This document shows, in pieces, positions 35,732-47,550 of a stretch of DNA of 49,993 nt. The translations under genes were made by a program, and so were the position numbers. Every line of letters begins with the position of its first letter. Position 1 is the first letter of the stretch. This DNA is from Nemertoderma westbladi (lineage: Eukaryota > Animalia > Xenacoelomorpha), in contig JAUCBJ010008894.1 of the NCBI GenBank assembly GCA_032718475.1, positions 1 to 49,993 on the forward strand, read 5' to 3'. A model generated the notes under the pieces. That model did no database searches. It worked only from the letters and a program-made list of their open reading frames with translations, and was not told the origin of the DNA.

Positions 35732-36683
35732 CGTATATAAGGACGTATATATATATACATCCTCAACAGTGTCCTAAGGACGTATACGTCCTGTTGTTAA
35801 TGGCTGCTAATGGGGATGATTCAAATTTAGGTTATTCTAGCAGTGTTTATCCATTGCTTAGGACACTATACTACCCGTTTTAGTTAAAAAGTGATCTGGA
35901 GTTCACTCAGAGACTTCAGTTAGAGACTGGAATTCAACCAATCAGTGGTGAGCTCCTTTTCAGAGAAAGCAGGCTGCTTATTGAAAGCAGATTGATTGTA
36001 CCTTGTACAGTAGGATATGGCAGAGGTTTGAATGAGTAGCCCTTGAGAATTCCAACCAATCAGAGTTTATTTCCCTGTCAAGCTTTCCACTGTAATAACC
36101 TACTTTGTAAATAAATAAATACATGACATGACTGAAAAGTGAAAACCTGGTATTCTTCATATTGGTGGATTACGTAATTGTATTTCGTAAATAGAATAAT
36201 GGGAATGATGATTGTTCATGTGTACTAGTGTAGCATCCTGGTAGATTATTGTGGTAATTCTGCAATAATGAAGCTATATTGCATTTTGGTATTACAATAA
36301 TTATTCATTTATATTTATCATTTATTTACAGTTTATATCCAGGGCTCTGCCTTGATAAATGCTTTGCAGATTATCATAAATAAGTCATATAGATTATACC
36401 GGTACCATAAATAGACCATGAAATATAATAATATATATGATATAGTTCAGAAAAATAAATATTTTTTCATTTTTTAATTTTCAAAATTTTTTTTTTTTAA
36501 TTAAAAAAATATGAAGAATATCAATCATGACACCTTTTAAGATAAAAGTCAAATCATTTTAAAAATGTGTCATAACTTCTAGATGATTGATGATTGACAT
36601 TCCCGTAAATGTGTTTTAAAATTTGCTTAATTTTTAGGTTCTGGGGGGCTATTTAAAAAAGGGCCTAGTAACCAAAGGGTTAA
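35732..36683. mobile_element. Possible piggyBac-like non-autonomous remnant
   Basis: AGGACGTATACGTCCT palindromes at the left and a ...AAAGGG|TTAA end at the right. No matching left TIR is visible. Confidence 0.25.
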
Positions 36684-38006
36684 GGCATGGTTCGCCAACT
36701 CAGAGATACTGTAAAATTAGTACAGTATAATCTAAAGTTCGAATAAGCCCTAAAATAATTACGACACGAGTTGCGCGTGTTGTACCAATAATACAATAGT
36801 TGTAGTGTTGTGTTATACTACTGTACGATGACACATGGCAGTATGGCTGATGGCCCTATACTGTATACTAGCCCTGCAAAGTGAAATATCACAGCAGAAA
36901 GTTTGGTATCCTTCACATTGGCCCGACAAAGCCTGTGATTTATTTTTATAAAATCGTTGTTTCAAAATAAACATTTATTAAAAATTAGTGTGAATTATGA
37001 TGAGTTGTGATGGTGAAAACTGTATATTGATAAGCGTCTACGCTTTACTGCAAACCATGTGATCGGTGCCGCTTCCAAACAACATTGAACACTGGCAGTC
37101 AAACACAACAGGAACAGCATAAAGGGGAGGCTACTGTAACAGTTTAAAGTTCCGTATTACTACTGCGGACTGCCTTAATATCCAAAAATGTAATTCAGTC
37201 ACACAAGATATTATATATTACAATAGTAATGGGTCTAACACTTATTTGTAAAAACAGACCACAACCATATAGATAAGAGATACCGGTATATAAATAAATA
37301 TACATATTCCTAGCAGAAATACATACACAATCAAATTAGATGTATAGTATATCGTGGGAAGACAATTCAATTGATTCAATTATTTCCCATAGGCCAATAA
37401 TAAATAAAACAATAGATTTATACAGAAATCTGTATAACTTCATTTAATCAATAGTCTTAGTCGGATATTGAAATTGAACTCAAAATAACTATTTAACTAT
37501 ATAACTATTTGTGTGCAGTGCAGTTACTATACGGTTTAAATAATATACAGTAAGATGCTCTCCAATTTGACGTAATCCTAATCCCATATGAACATTGTTA
37601 CATTTACATGTTTCTTGTGTATAGTTTTTGAGTTTAGTTCCCTATTGTACAATCAATTACAATATAATAAATAAAGTGATTCCTAAATTTGATTCCATAA
37701 TTAGGTGTTTATAAAAATATTACATTACAACTATAGATGTAAGCAAAAAGCAAAGCAAAGGCAAGCATAGCAAGAAATATAAGAAATAAAATGAATCCTA
37801 AAGTGAATATAAAAATAAACAGTCCTGACGGTGATAGTAAAATACAAATATAAACAGTTCATGTTTCCAATAGAAAAGGATACCCATGCGATGAAGTGAC
37901 GTCATGTTCTAGAAATAATTACTGTGACCAATAATATACATGGAAGTTGGTAGTGTAGTGAGAGCGACGATCATAACCTATGTTTTTGTCCTTGTCCCTA
38001 ATTAAA

Positions 38007-40376
38007 CTAATCTTTTTTCACATCCAGCACAATAGAACCACTAGCGCCCATTATTAGGTTCGATTTAAACACAGCGACGAACTTCCGCTTTCCAACTCTA
38101 GATGGCGTTACTGATATCTGTGTCTTCAAAACTTCCTTGGCGCCCAGATCCCTTAATTCAACCGTCTTCTTCTTTAATTTACTTGGACCTTCTATGCTGA
38201 TCTTACAGTTCTTCAGCCTCTGCTTTAACGGGTTCGCTAACATAACTCCAATTCGCACCTTCTCGTTTACCTCAGCTTCATCAGATATCATAGAGAGTTG
38301 GAGTGATGGAAGACACAACGAAAGAACATCCTCGGAGGCCCAAACTTGGCCGGTTTCCTCAACTTTCGCCATCACGTATACTTTGATATGAGCCGATTCA
38401 ACAAGACTATCTATGTAATCCTCAGTCTCAACGTCAAACTTATGGATTTCAACTTCTTTCGGACTTAGTTTCAGGGTTAGAGTTCGCTTAGACAATGTTG
38501 TTACAGGTATGCCAGTATAGTACAGAAGTTTCGTTGTTAATGTCAGTTTCACTTTGCGGCGTCTAGTAGATTTATTAGACAGTTTAACCCATCCATTGAT
38601 ATCCTGTCCCATGTACACGTCATCGGGTAAGGAGAGCTGGAAGTCAACATCGTCACTGGCGCCGTGACGGAGATAGGTATCGGGACGGGTACCGTGCGAG
38701 CAAGCGAGCTCCACAGCAATCCGCTCTGCGTGGGAACCCTCGGAGTGTTTGTAGTTGATGGTAATGTCTTCGCGCTCATCTTTTCCAACGGCTTTTGTAC
38801 TAATAAATCTCCCTATGGCATTCTTTTCCAAACGATTTAGCTGCATCTCCTTGTTATCGTCCTGCACCCAGTAACATTTATCGCCGTTCACTTCAGCGAA
38901 TATGAATTTAGCGTCGTAGTTGAGGTAGACCTGTCCGTTCTTTATGGCCTGTACGGACGCAGGTCCAGCGCGATATTGCCCCGCAGACGTCTCCTGTGGC
39001 GTCGCGTCGAACGCCTGCCAACCCCCGTACCCATCAGGGAGGTCCTTACGAGAGAACCACGCCTCGTTCCACACGTGGAAGTTCCACACTGAATCATCAT
39101 TCAAGTGATCCAAATGGTTACCGTGCCGATCGATATACATATCGATAGTCATGTTGGCGTCTGTATCGTGGGCCGAATCGAAATTGGTTACACTTCGACA
39201 TGGAATTCCTAAACACCTCATTACCGCCGTAGTTACTCCACTAAAGACCCAACACTGACCGTATTTCACTGGCATTGCGCCCTGCTCCAAATACTCCTGC
39301 AGTATACGAACGGAGCCGGACCACTCAGTAGGGTGCGTTCCACCTTGGTAGTTGCCACTCCAATTCCCTACCAGAACTCCGTCATCATCCTGACTGTTAA
39401 TCATTGTGGATACAGCTCTTGTAACAAAGATGGCGCTCCGTCTAGCTCGCATAGACGTCACGCTATCTAGTATCAACATGACGGCCTGCAGTACGGACTC
39501 ATCAAACTGGCCGAAATGCCAGTCCATTCCGGACCTATTGTGGACGGTTCCGAAGTATATTATCCCGGAGTCGTTTGACACGTATTCTTGACGCAGAGCC
39601 TCGGGTTCAAGGTAAACCTCGTCCTCTTCAGCCCATGGATTAAACAGCACGTACATCTCATCGGGGTGGTCGTAGATGGCGTGATGGACCTTCCCCCCTG
39701 CGCGGGTCTGGGTGCGGATTCGAATCGAGTACTTTCCTACAATCGCGTCAGCTGGACTAGCTACGACCAACTCCAATGTGTTCTCATTCTTGCTCGCAAC
39801 CCAAACCCGCCACATAGCCTTATCCGATTGGTCTTCCTGCAACGGATGAAGATGCACCAGTGAGCCATCTGCCTCCTTTGGACTCTCCCCTGTGGACAAT
39901 ATGATAGTTAGAGTATCATTCGTTGGTTCCGGTTGTCGATTAAACTCTATAGCGATCTGGATTTCTTGAGCTCGGCGGACAATTAGTTCGCTGTATTCGA
40001 ACTCGCTGGTACGATGTTTAAGTTTGTTGGTCGACTCGAACAAATCCACTTTATCCACAGTTAAATGTGTGTCTCTTAAATCATCGACAATGATACCGAT
40101 TGATTCAAAAATATCCATATCATCGTCGGATTCTGAAGACGAATCAGTAACATTGTCGCCTCCGCCTATACGACTCGGTCTAATGATATCACGAGACCAG
40201 CCCACCGAACGACGAAACCCGGTATTTATAGCCGATAAAAGAGAACCTCCAGTCCTCCAAGGGAAGTTTGAACTCCCATACCGGTTTCTATGATGACCGC
40301 CGTAGATATTTATTCCGCGCCGACCAGAGGAACGTGATCTACGGCTTCTGCTACGGAGATTGTACGGATAAGGCAT
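38007..40376 (-). CDS. Protein-glutamine gamma-glutamyltransferase (transglutaminase, invertebrate TGM1/annulin-like), single ORF
   Basis: Catalytic triad motifs YGQCWVFSGV (Cys), WNFHVWNE (His), GWQAFDATPQE (Asp); also LFNPW, TNFDSAHD, FIFAEVN and C-terminal beta-barrels. Confidence 0.96.
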   Translation of the reverse strand: MPYPYNLRSRSRRSRSSGRRGINIYGGHHRNRYGSSNFPWRTGGSLLSAINTGFRRSVGWSRDIIRPSRIGGGDNVTDSSSESDDDMDIFESIGIIVDDLRDTHLTVDKVDLFESTNKLKHRTSEFEYSELIVRRAQEIQIAIEFNRQPEPTNDTLTIILSTGESPKEADGSLVHLHPLQEDQSDKAMWRVWVASKNENTLELVVASPADAIVGKYSIRIRTQTRAGGKVHHAIYDHPDEMYVLFNPWAEEDEVYLEPEALRQEYVSNDSGIIYFGTVHNRSGMDWHFGQFDESVLQAVMLILDSVTSMRARRSAIFVTRAVSTMINSQDDDGVLVGNWSGNYQGGTHPTEWSGSVRILQEYLEQGAMPVKYGQCWVFSGVTTAVMRCLGIPCRSVTNFDSAHDTDANMTIDMYIDRHGNHLDHLNDDSVWNFHVWNEAWFSRKDLPDGYGGWQAFDATPQETSAGQYRAGPASVQAIKNGQVYLNYDAKFIFAEVNGDKCYWVQDDNKEMQLNRLEKNAIGRFISTKAVGKDEREDITINYKHSEGSHAERIAVELACSHGTRPDTYLRHGASDDVDFQLSLPDDVYMGQDINGWVKLSNKSTRRRKVKLTLTTKLLYYTGIPVTTLSKRTLTLKLSPKEVEIHKFDVETEDYIDSLVESAHIKVYVMAKVEETGQVWASEDVLSLCLPSLQLSMISDEAEVNEKVRIGVMLANPLKQRLKNCKISIEGPSKLKKKTVELRDLGAKEVLKTQISVTPSRVGKRKFVAVFKSNLIMGASGSIVLDVKKD

Positions 40377-40843
40377 TGAATAAATAATCTAACAGCCGAA
40401 AATATTGAATATTATACCGGTACTGCGGTATCAACAATAAACTATTATAAACTACAGTAACGCAAACACGGTACTACAGTACTATCTGATTGCAGGATTG
40501 TCTGACTACAAGACTATATCACTGTATCAGTTATCAGTTTATGTCCCCACAATGCTGCAATGGAATGGAATGAATGAATGTATTATGAGATTATGATTAA
40601 CTGTTGAATGGATTAACAGATTAATGTAATGGAAAAATATCAATCATAATATAAATTATCATATAAATTAGTTTGAAATGGATCTCTACAGCTCTATACT
40701 AACCCACTAAAAGTGGTAGGCCTACTGCAGTACTGTACTTATCATATCTCAGTATCTGCATATCCTCGAAATAATAATTTACATACTGCTGTACTGTACT
40801 GTCTGACTTTCAGACGGTAGCAAACAAAAATCTTCAGGCATTG

Positions 40844-42542
40844 GGGTAAATCTTTTGCGTAGAGGTATAGCCTATATAGAGGCTACATGAAGGTAGGTGT
40901 AGCCTACATGTAGATGCACGTGTAGGGTGAATGTAGGTAGGTGTAGTCCCATAGATATTAATGTAATTTATGTGTCAATTTGCAGTAATGTGATACACGG
41001 TCTTCAATCAGGATGTATGGCAATAATCTCTGATCTCCACGGTACAACACGGTACATCAACCTGCAGACCTGTCTGCTGTCAGACAACAGGTTTTACTGC
41101 ATACTGCATACTGCATTACTGTATAAATATTAAACATCGCGTTCTGATTAAACTAAAGTCCCTTACTCGTCAAAAATATTTGGCCCTAATAAATTTGAGT
41201 ATGCTAACGCCACGAAAGGCATTGTTCCATTAGATTAAGTCGTTCTGATTTATATGTTTATTGAGTAAGAGTAACCTAAACAAACAACCATCATCGCGGG
41301 GACTATAGTCTACCAGAAACCCTGACCCCTCTCTGCCCCTCTTTATCTGTTTATCAACTGATCAACCATACATCCACAGACATCCATGGGACTTGAACAG
41401 TACTTCAGCATTGAAATGTTTTGGACATTTTGTTTTGAAAGTAAAAAAATAGAAGTCTGGAAGTTTTGTTTGTTTTAATTTTTCAGGCAGTCACATTCCA
41501 CCAAACCAGCAACAGTCCCATCCCTTCCCACTATCCCGCGGACCACCACACTGTTTCATTATACTGTTATAAAGTATTCCCATCTCGATGATGGGAAATA
41601 ATCAGTAATCCGATGGGATTCAAATCCCATCTCGTAGTAACAGCAAAACAATAACACGAAAGTCAATAGCTTTACAGTTATATTTGATTGCATTGAAAGT
41701 TAATAGAAAGAAGAAGTTACATTGCATATCCATTAAAATATCATGAAATTGATACGGCAGTTTATAGTAGATTAAAACGGCCACAGCAAGATTTATAAAA
41801 CGAATAATAAGTAAAATCAGCACACAATATTATCAATATAGACATTTGAAGACAATTTAATAAACAAATATTATAAAAAAAATATCTACTAACAATCAAT
41901 ACATGATATACTGATATATATAATATATATACATCAGCGACTACCATCGCCACTCTGGTTCAATCAGTCAGTCCGGTATCATTGTTAGCGTTTTGTTGAA
42001 TCACCCACTCATCCTCAGACCCTCATGGACACCGACGACGAGTTCTAACCCTAACCGTTAGTCGATTCCTCCTTGACTGGAAACATCAGGTTCGGGCCGT
42101 TCGGCCCATACAAAGTCATTATAGCCTCCATGCCTGAACCCGCAGGATCATGATCTACAGTATGTATCGGTATATCGTTCAGACATTTTTTCCTTTGTCA
42201 GTACTGTACACTGTAGTATTGATAGGCTCCGTCTCGTGGGTATTCAGGGGACCCCCATTCGACGTATTCGCATCTCCTCCTGGTTGTTTGGGGTACCACC
42301 GCCCGCCATATGCGCATCTCTTCGTGGTTGTTCCGGGTACCACCCCCGTTCGCCGCATTCGCATCTCATCGAGGAAGTTCCGGTCCGGGTACCCCGTATA
42401 TGGCCTATTCATTCATCATTTTTGTTTTTAAAGACCTACCTACACCTACCTACATTCACCCTACACGTGCATCTACATGTAGGCTACACATACCTACATG
42501 TAGCCTCTATGTAGGCTATACCTCTACGCAAAAGTTATACCC
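40844..42542. mobile_element. Non-autonomous Mutator (MULE)-like element with ~105-bp TIRs
   Basis: GGGTAAATCTTTTGCGTAGAGGTATAGCCTA... is inverted at ...TAGGCTATACCTCTACGCAAAAGTTATACCC. 9-bp TSD CAGGCATTG (40835-40843 and 42543-42551). Confidence 0.8.
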
Positions 42543-43046
42543 CAGGCATTGGACCTACTACCTTTCGGTCTCACCTCACATTAAATATTAAATAACTGTA
42601 GATAATCATCTACAGTCAGACATTAGAAACAATTAACAACATATAATGTTTTGACGTCCAAAAAAATAATTTTATGGACGTCCAAATAATTAATTTATGG
42701 ACGTCCAAAAAATGAATTTATACCTGGTCGAGTTTATTTTGTTTTTGTTACTAGGCAATCGAATTTACAATTGGAGGGAATTTCAAAGTAGTAGCCTACT
42801 GTAGTTCTAGATTGCAGTCGATATACGGTAGCTTTTACAATTTGCTCAGTAGGCTGGCCTGCCTAGCTGCCTAGCCTAAAAAGATATAACAATTTCAGTC
42901 TAGGAAAACTGGCCGTGGTGTCGGTATTCTACTGTACCTTTATTATTGATGCGAAATGTCTGATATTGAGTCGTTTATTGTACAATCATTTTGGAATTCC
43001 AAAACATCTTATCTACTAATTTACCATGATGTGCATCATACATCTC

Positions 43047-46000
43047 AAATTTTGAAAATACAATTTTATGTAATCTTAGGTCAGACTGTGAAATATATTT
43101 CTTAGGTGATTTTAATATCTGTTACCATCACAAAGCATCCCCCATCTGTAAACAGTACCAAAGTATTTTAAATTTGTTTGGTTTAAAACAAATTATTCGA
43201 GATTCTACCAGAATTACCAGTAAAACTTCTACTTTACAAGATCACATCCTTTGTAATAATACCGATATTATTTCTCAATCTGGGGTTTTACCTATAGGTC
43301 TAAGCGATCATTTTATAGTTTTTTGCACAAGAAAGACACAAAATCGTTTTTCGATTTTGTAACAGTTAAAACAGTAACAGTTAGGTCTATGAAAAATTAC
43401 AGCAAGGAATGCTTTTTAAGTTTGTTAGTTAATTCTGACTGGGAACCCTGTTTTAAGGCCGCTGACATTAACCTTGCGTAGACTGTTTTTAAAGATATAT
43501 TTCGAAAGGCACTTAATACTGTAGCACCAATTAAAGAAATTAGTCTTAAACAACGCACTGAGCCCTGGATGACCTCGGGTATTCTTAGTAATATCAGAGA
43601 AAGAGATAACTACTGTATTTGTATAAATTTAGGAAATACCGTGTTTTAGCTGATTATAATAATTACTGCAAATATATAAACCTTGTCCAACGGGAAATAA
43701 AAAAAGCGAAATCTGAATATTTGTACAACAAAATACTGAAATAAGTGAGAATAAAGATAATCCTAAAAGTCTATGGTCTACCCTAAAATCTTTAGGTTAT
43801 AAAAACCTTAAATCTAAATCGAATATTGTTCTGCAAGATAACGGTGAGCTGATTCATGATCATACTCTAGTTAGTAATTTATTTAATAATTATTTTACTA
43901 ATGTTGCCTCTAATTTAGTTAAGAAGTTACCGTTATCAAGTAATAAATATAGTATAGGGTCCGGAACTCTAAATAATTTATATTTAGAAAAGTTATAAAA
44001 TTCAGAAAAGTTATTCTAAAAACCCGTTTCTGAGGATTTCGTTTTTCAAAATCTACTTAGCCTAAAGCAAAAAGCAAACAGTCGGCCGAAGCCGGAGGCG
44101 ACCCGAAGGCTCCTCTTTCGATAGCTGCTACCAGAGGGTAGGGGTGGGCGCTACTCCTATCCCAAGATTTGCTCCCAGTTATTTAACTGGTACTCATTTC
44201 ATCGACCCCAGTGGATGAAAGATGAAAGGCTGAGTGGACCCTGGCGGGGCTGAACCTACAACCAATAGATTGCAGGCCCGGCGCTCAACCAACTGAGCTA
44301 CCCCGCCTTTTCAGCCTTACTTAGCCTATCAGCTTCAAAAAGTACCGGTCTAGACCTAATACCTGCCCGTTTTCTTAAGGATGGTGCTGAAGTACTTAAA
44401 GTGCATATTACTTTTATTATTAATTACTCTATCGTAGATAATGTAGTACCAGACGAACTGAAATTAGCTAAGGTTGTTCCTCTGTATAAAAAGAATAGTA
44501 AAGTAGAACCCTGTAATTACAGACCTGTTAGTATCTTAGGTATTGTATCTAAAATTCTAGAACGTTCTGTTTTTCTACAGCTGGAAGCACATCTTAGTAG
44601 GCTAAATCTGATCTATGAACTTCAGTCCGGTTTTCGTAAATCATATTCTACAGACACCTGTCTTATTAACTTAACTGATACAATTAGATGTAGTAACGCA
44701 AAGGGATTATATACTGGTATGGTAATGTTGGACCTACAAAAGGCTTTCAGATACTGTAGATCATGAAATTCTGCTTGGTAAGTTAGGCCTGATGGGTGTA
44801 GGTTCTATAGACTGGTTCAAGTCGTACCTGTCAGACTGAGGTCAAACTGTAGTCATTAGCAAATCGCAGTCTACTGTACAAGATATTACCTGTGGTGTAC
44901 CGCAAGGTAGTATATTAGGTCCTCTGCTTTTTGTATGCTATGTAAATGATATGATAAGTAGTATAGATCCCGATTTTAAACTGATATTATATGCCGACGA
45001 CAGTGCTCTTATTTTCTCTCATAAAGATCCTATCCATATTTCCCAAAAGTTAAGTGCAGTTCTAGAATCCTGTAATGAGTGGTTGATTGATAATAAGCTC
45101 AATAATTTGATAATAATTCACTAAGGTAAGACTGAAAGTATTTTGTTTGGTTCCAAAAGAAAGTTAAAGAAGGTAACTAAGTTTGAAATCACTAGTAATG
45201 GACATAAGATTGAAAATTAATAAGGTTAAATATTTAGGCGCCACATTGGATGGATAACTGCTTATCAGGAGAAAGCACAGTGAAAAATATTTTCTTGAAA
45301 GTTAACAGTAGGCTTAGGTTTCTATACAGAAATAAAAATAGTTTAAACACCGACTCCCGCAAGTTACTTTGCTGTTCTTTAATACAGGACTATGCATGCA
45401 TGCTCTTCTTGGTATGAAGGCTTAACCAAACAGCTTAAATGTAAATTACAAGTAGCTCAGAATAAAGTAGTACGATTTATTAAAGACTACAAACCTAGGC
45501 ACCACCTAACTCCAGATGACTTTTCTGAATCTGGACTACTTAACTTAGATAGTAGAGTTAAGCAGCTACGCCTTAACCATGTGCATAAAGTGTATAATGG
45601 TAAATGTCCCAATTACCTAAAACAAAAATTCAACAGAGTACGCGATACACACTCTTACAGTACCAGAGCTAGTGCTTCAAACTTTTACCTCCCGAATTGT
45701 AAATCCTTCGAATCTGATACTTTCTTTTTTAACGGTATTAAAAATTGGAACGCTCTGCCTAATGAAATTTAAAACCTAAATAATCAACATTCTTTTAAAT
45801 CAGCAGATAAATCTCACCTCCGTGTGCAATGTGAAATAGGTACAATAGTCCTACAGTAAGTTATTAGTTTATAAATTATTTACTATTTATACTGTAATTA
45901 CGTTTTATAATAAATTGTTCTGTACATTACATCTTTATCGTTGAGTCGGACATTGTCACGCTCTCGGTAAAGTTGTACATGTACATAGTGTAATTACGTT

Positions 46001-46196
46001 TTATATTGGTTTTAGGTTAGCGTAGTGTAATATTGTATTTGTAACCAAGTAACATAAAGGACCCCTTGGAAATAAGCTGCAAAGCTTTAGGGGTAATCCT
46101 ATTTGTTATGTTGGACAATACCTTTATACCGGTACATTGTTTGGTGTATTTGTTATTGTTTTTACACATAATGTATAAATAAATCTATCTATCTAT
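43047..46196 (+). mobile_element. 5'-truncated, degenerate CR1/L2-group LINE
   Basis: APE end (GDFNI, SDH), EPWMT, NYRPVSIL, QSGFRK, LDLQKAF, GVPQGSILGPLLF, YADD. Many stops and frameshifts. Ends in AATAAA plus (ATCT)n. Confidence 0.92.
44065..44317 (-). mobile_element. tRNA-derived SINE inserted in the LINE
   Basis: Head GGCGGGGTAGCTCAGTTGGTTGAGC (A box) ...GGTTCAG; central CACTCAGCCTTTCATC...GGGGTCGATGAAATGAGTACC; TTTGC tail; 11-bp TSD TACTTAGCCTA. Confidence 0.85.
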
Positions 46197-46907
46197 GACA
46201 GCACTGGTACGGTACTGAGGGGACAGCACTGGTACGGTACTGAGGGGACAGCACTGGTACGGGACTGAGGGGACAGTACTGGTACGGTACTGAGGGGACA
46301 GCACTGGTACGGTACTGAGGGGACAGCACTGGTACGGTACTGAGGGGACAGCACTGGTACCGTACTGAGGGGACAGCACTGGTACGGTACTGGGGGGACA
46401 GCACTGGTACGGTACTGAGGGGACATCACTGGTACAGTACTGAGGGGACAGTACTGGTACGGTACTGAGGGGACATCACTGGTACAGTACTGAGGGGACA
46501 GTACTGGTACGGTACTGAGGGGACAGTACTGGTACGGTACTGAGGGGACAGCACTGGTACGGTACTGAGGGGACAGCACTGGTACGGTACTGAGGGGACA
46601 GCACTGGTACGGTACTGAGGGGACAGCACTGGTACGGTACTGAGGGGACAGCACTGGTACGGTACTGAGGGGACAGCACTGGTACGGTACTGAGGGGACA
46701 GCACTGGTACGGTACTGAGGGGACAGCACTGGTACGGTACTGAGGGGACAGTACTGGTACGGTACTGAGGGGACAGCACTGGTACGGTACTGAGGGTGCA
46801 GCACTGGTACAGGACTGAGGGGACAGCACTGCTACGGTACTGAGGGTGCAGCACTGGTACGGGACTGAGAGGACAGCACTGGTACGGTACTGAGGGGACA
46901 GCACTGG
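46197..46907. repeat. 25-bp minisatellite (~28 units)
   Basis: Unit GACAGCACTGGTACGGTACTGAGGG. Confidence 0.97.
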
Positions 46908-47550
46908 AAATAAGTCGTCAGACTTTGTGCGTAATACGCACAATGTGCACAATAACTTGCCTAACCCTCGTATCAATAATACTTTAATTTGTTTTACTTT
47001 ACTTTTGTCGAATCTATAAACTGTTCATTGAAGTCCTGGAATAATTAATTAAAGCATGTCAAATCTCACCGTGTATTATGGAAATTAAACAGATAAATAA
47101 CGCACAGATAAACCCCCTATGAATTGACCCCCGCAAAATAGTTACAAATCTTCAAATAATGTACAGTAGTATTAATAAATAAACAGGTACGGATCTATAG
47201 CGAATGTGGTGAAACCACGGAGGCTTTCATATCTTCTGATTTGATTTGCTATTGGTTGGTAAGCAACTTTACGGTTACTATTGAATACAATCGGCCCTTA
47301 CGGATGGATTTAATCAGTATTCCATTCCAATACAGTAGCTGTACTGCAAATTGAATTATTATTAATCTTATTGTTTTTCGTTTCAACAACCATAGATTGT
47401 GTAAATTATTATCGAACATGACTTTTGGATGAACAACTCTGTAAATGGAGTCAGAATATCTGAACTTTATTAATTGATCGATCCCCGCTGGTGGCGAATT
47501 CATTTTTTCACTCAATTTACTATAGAATTTGTTCATCCCAAGTCATGCTT

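Noticed and set aside
44235-44307. tRNA gene
   Set aside because: The anticodon and T arms pair poorly and it sits within a TSD-flanked SINE.
46185-46976. Cys-rich repetitive ORFs
   Set aside because: Translations of the 25-bp minisatellite.
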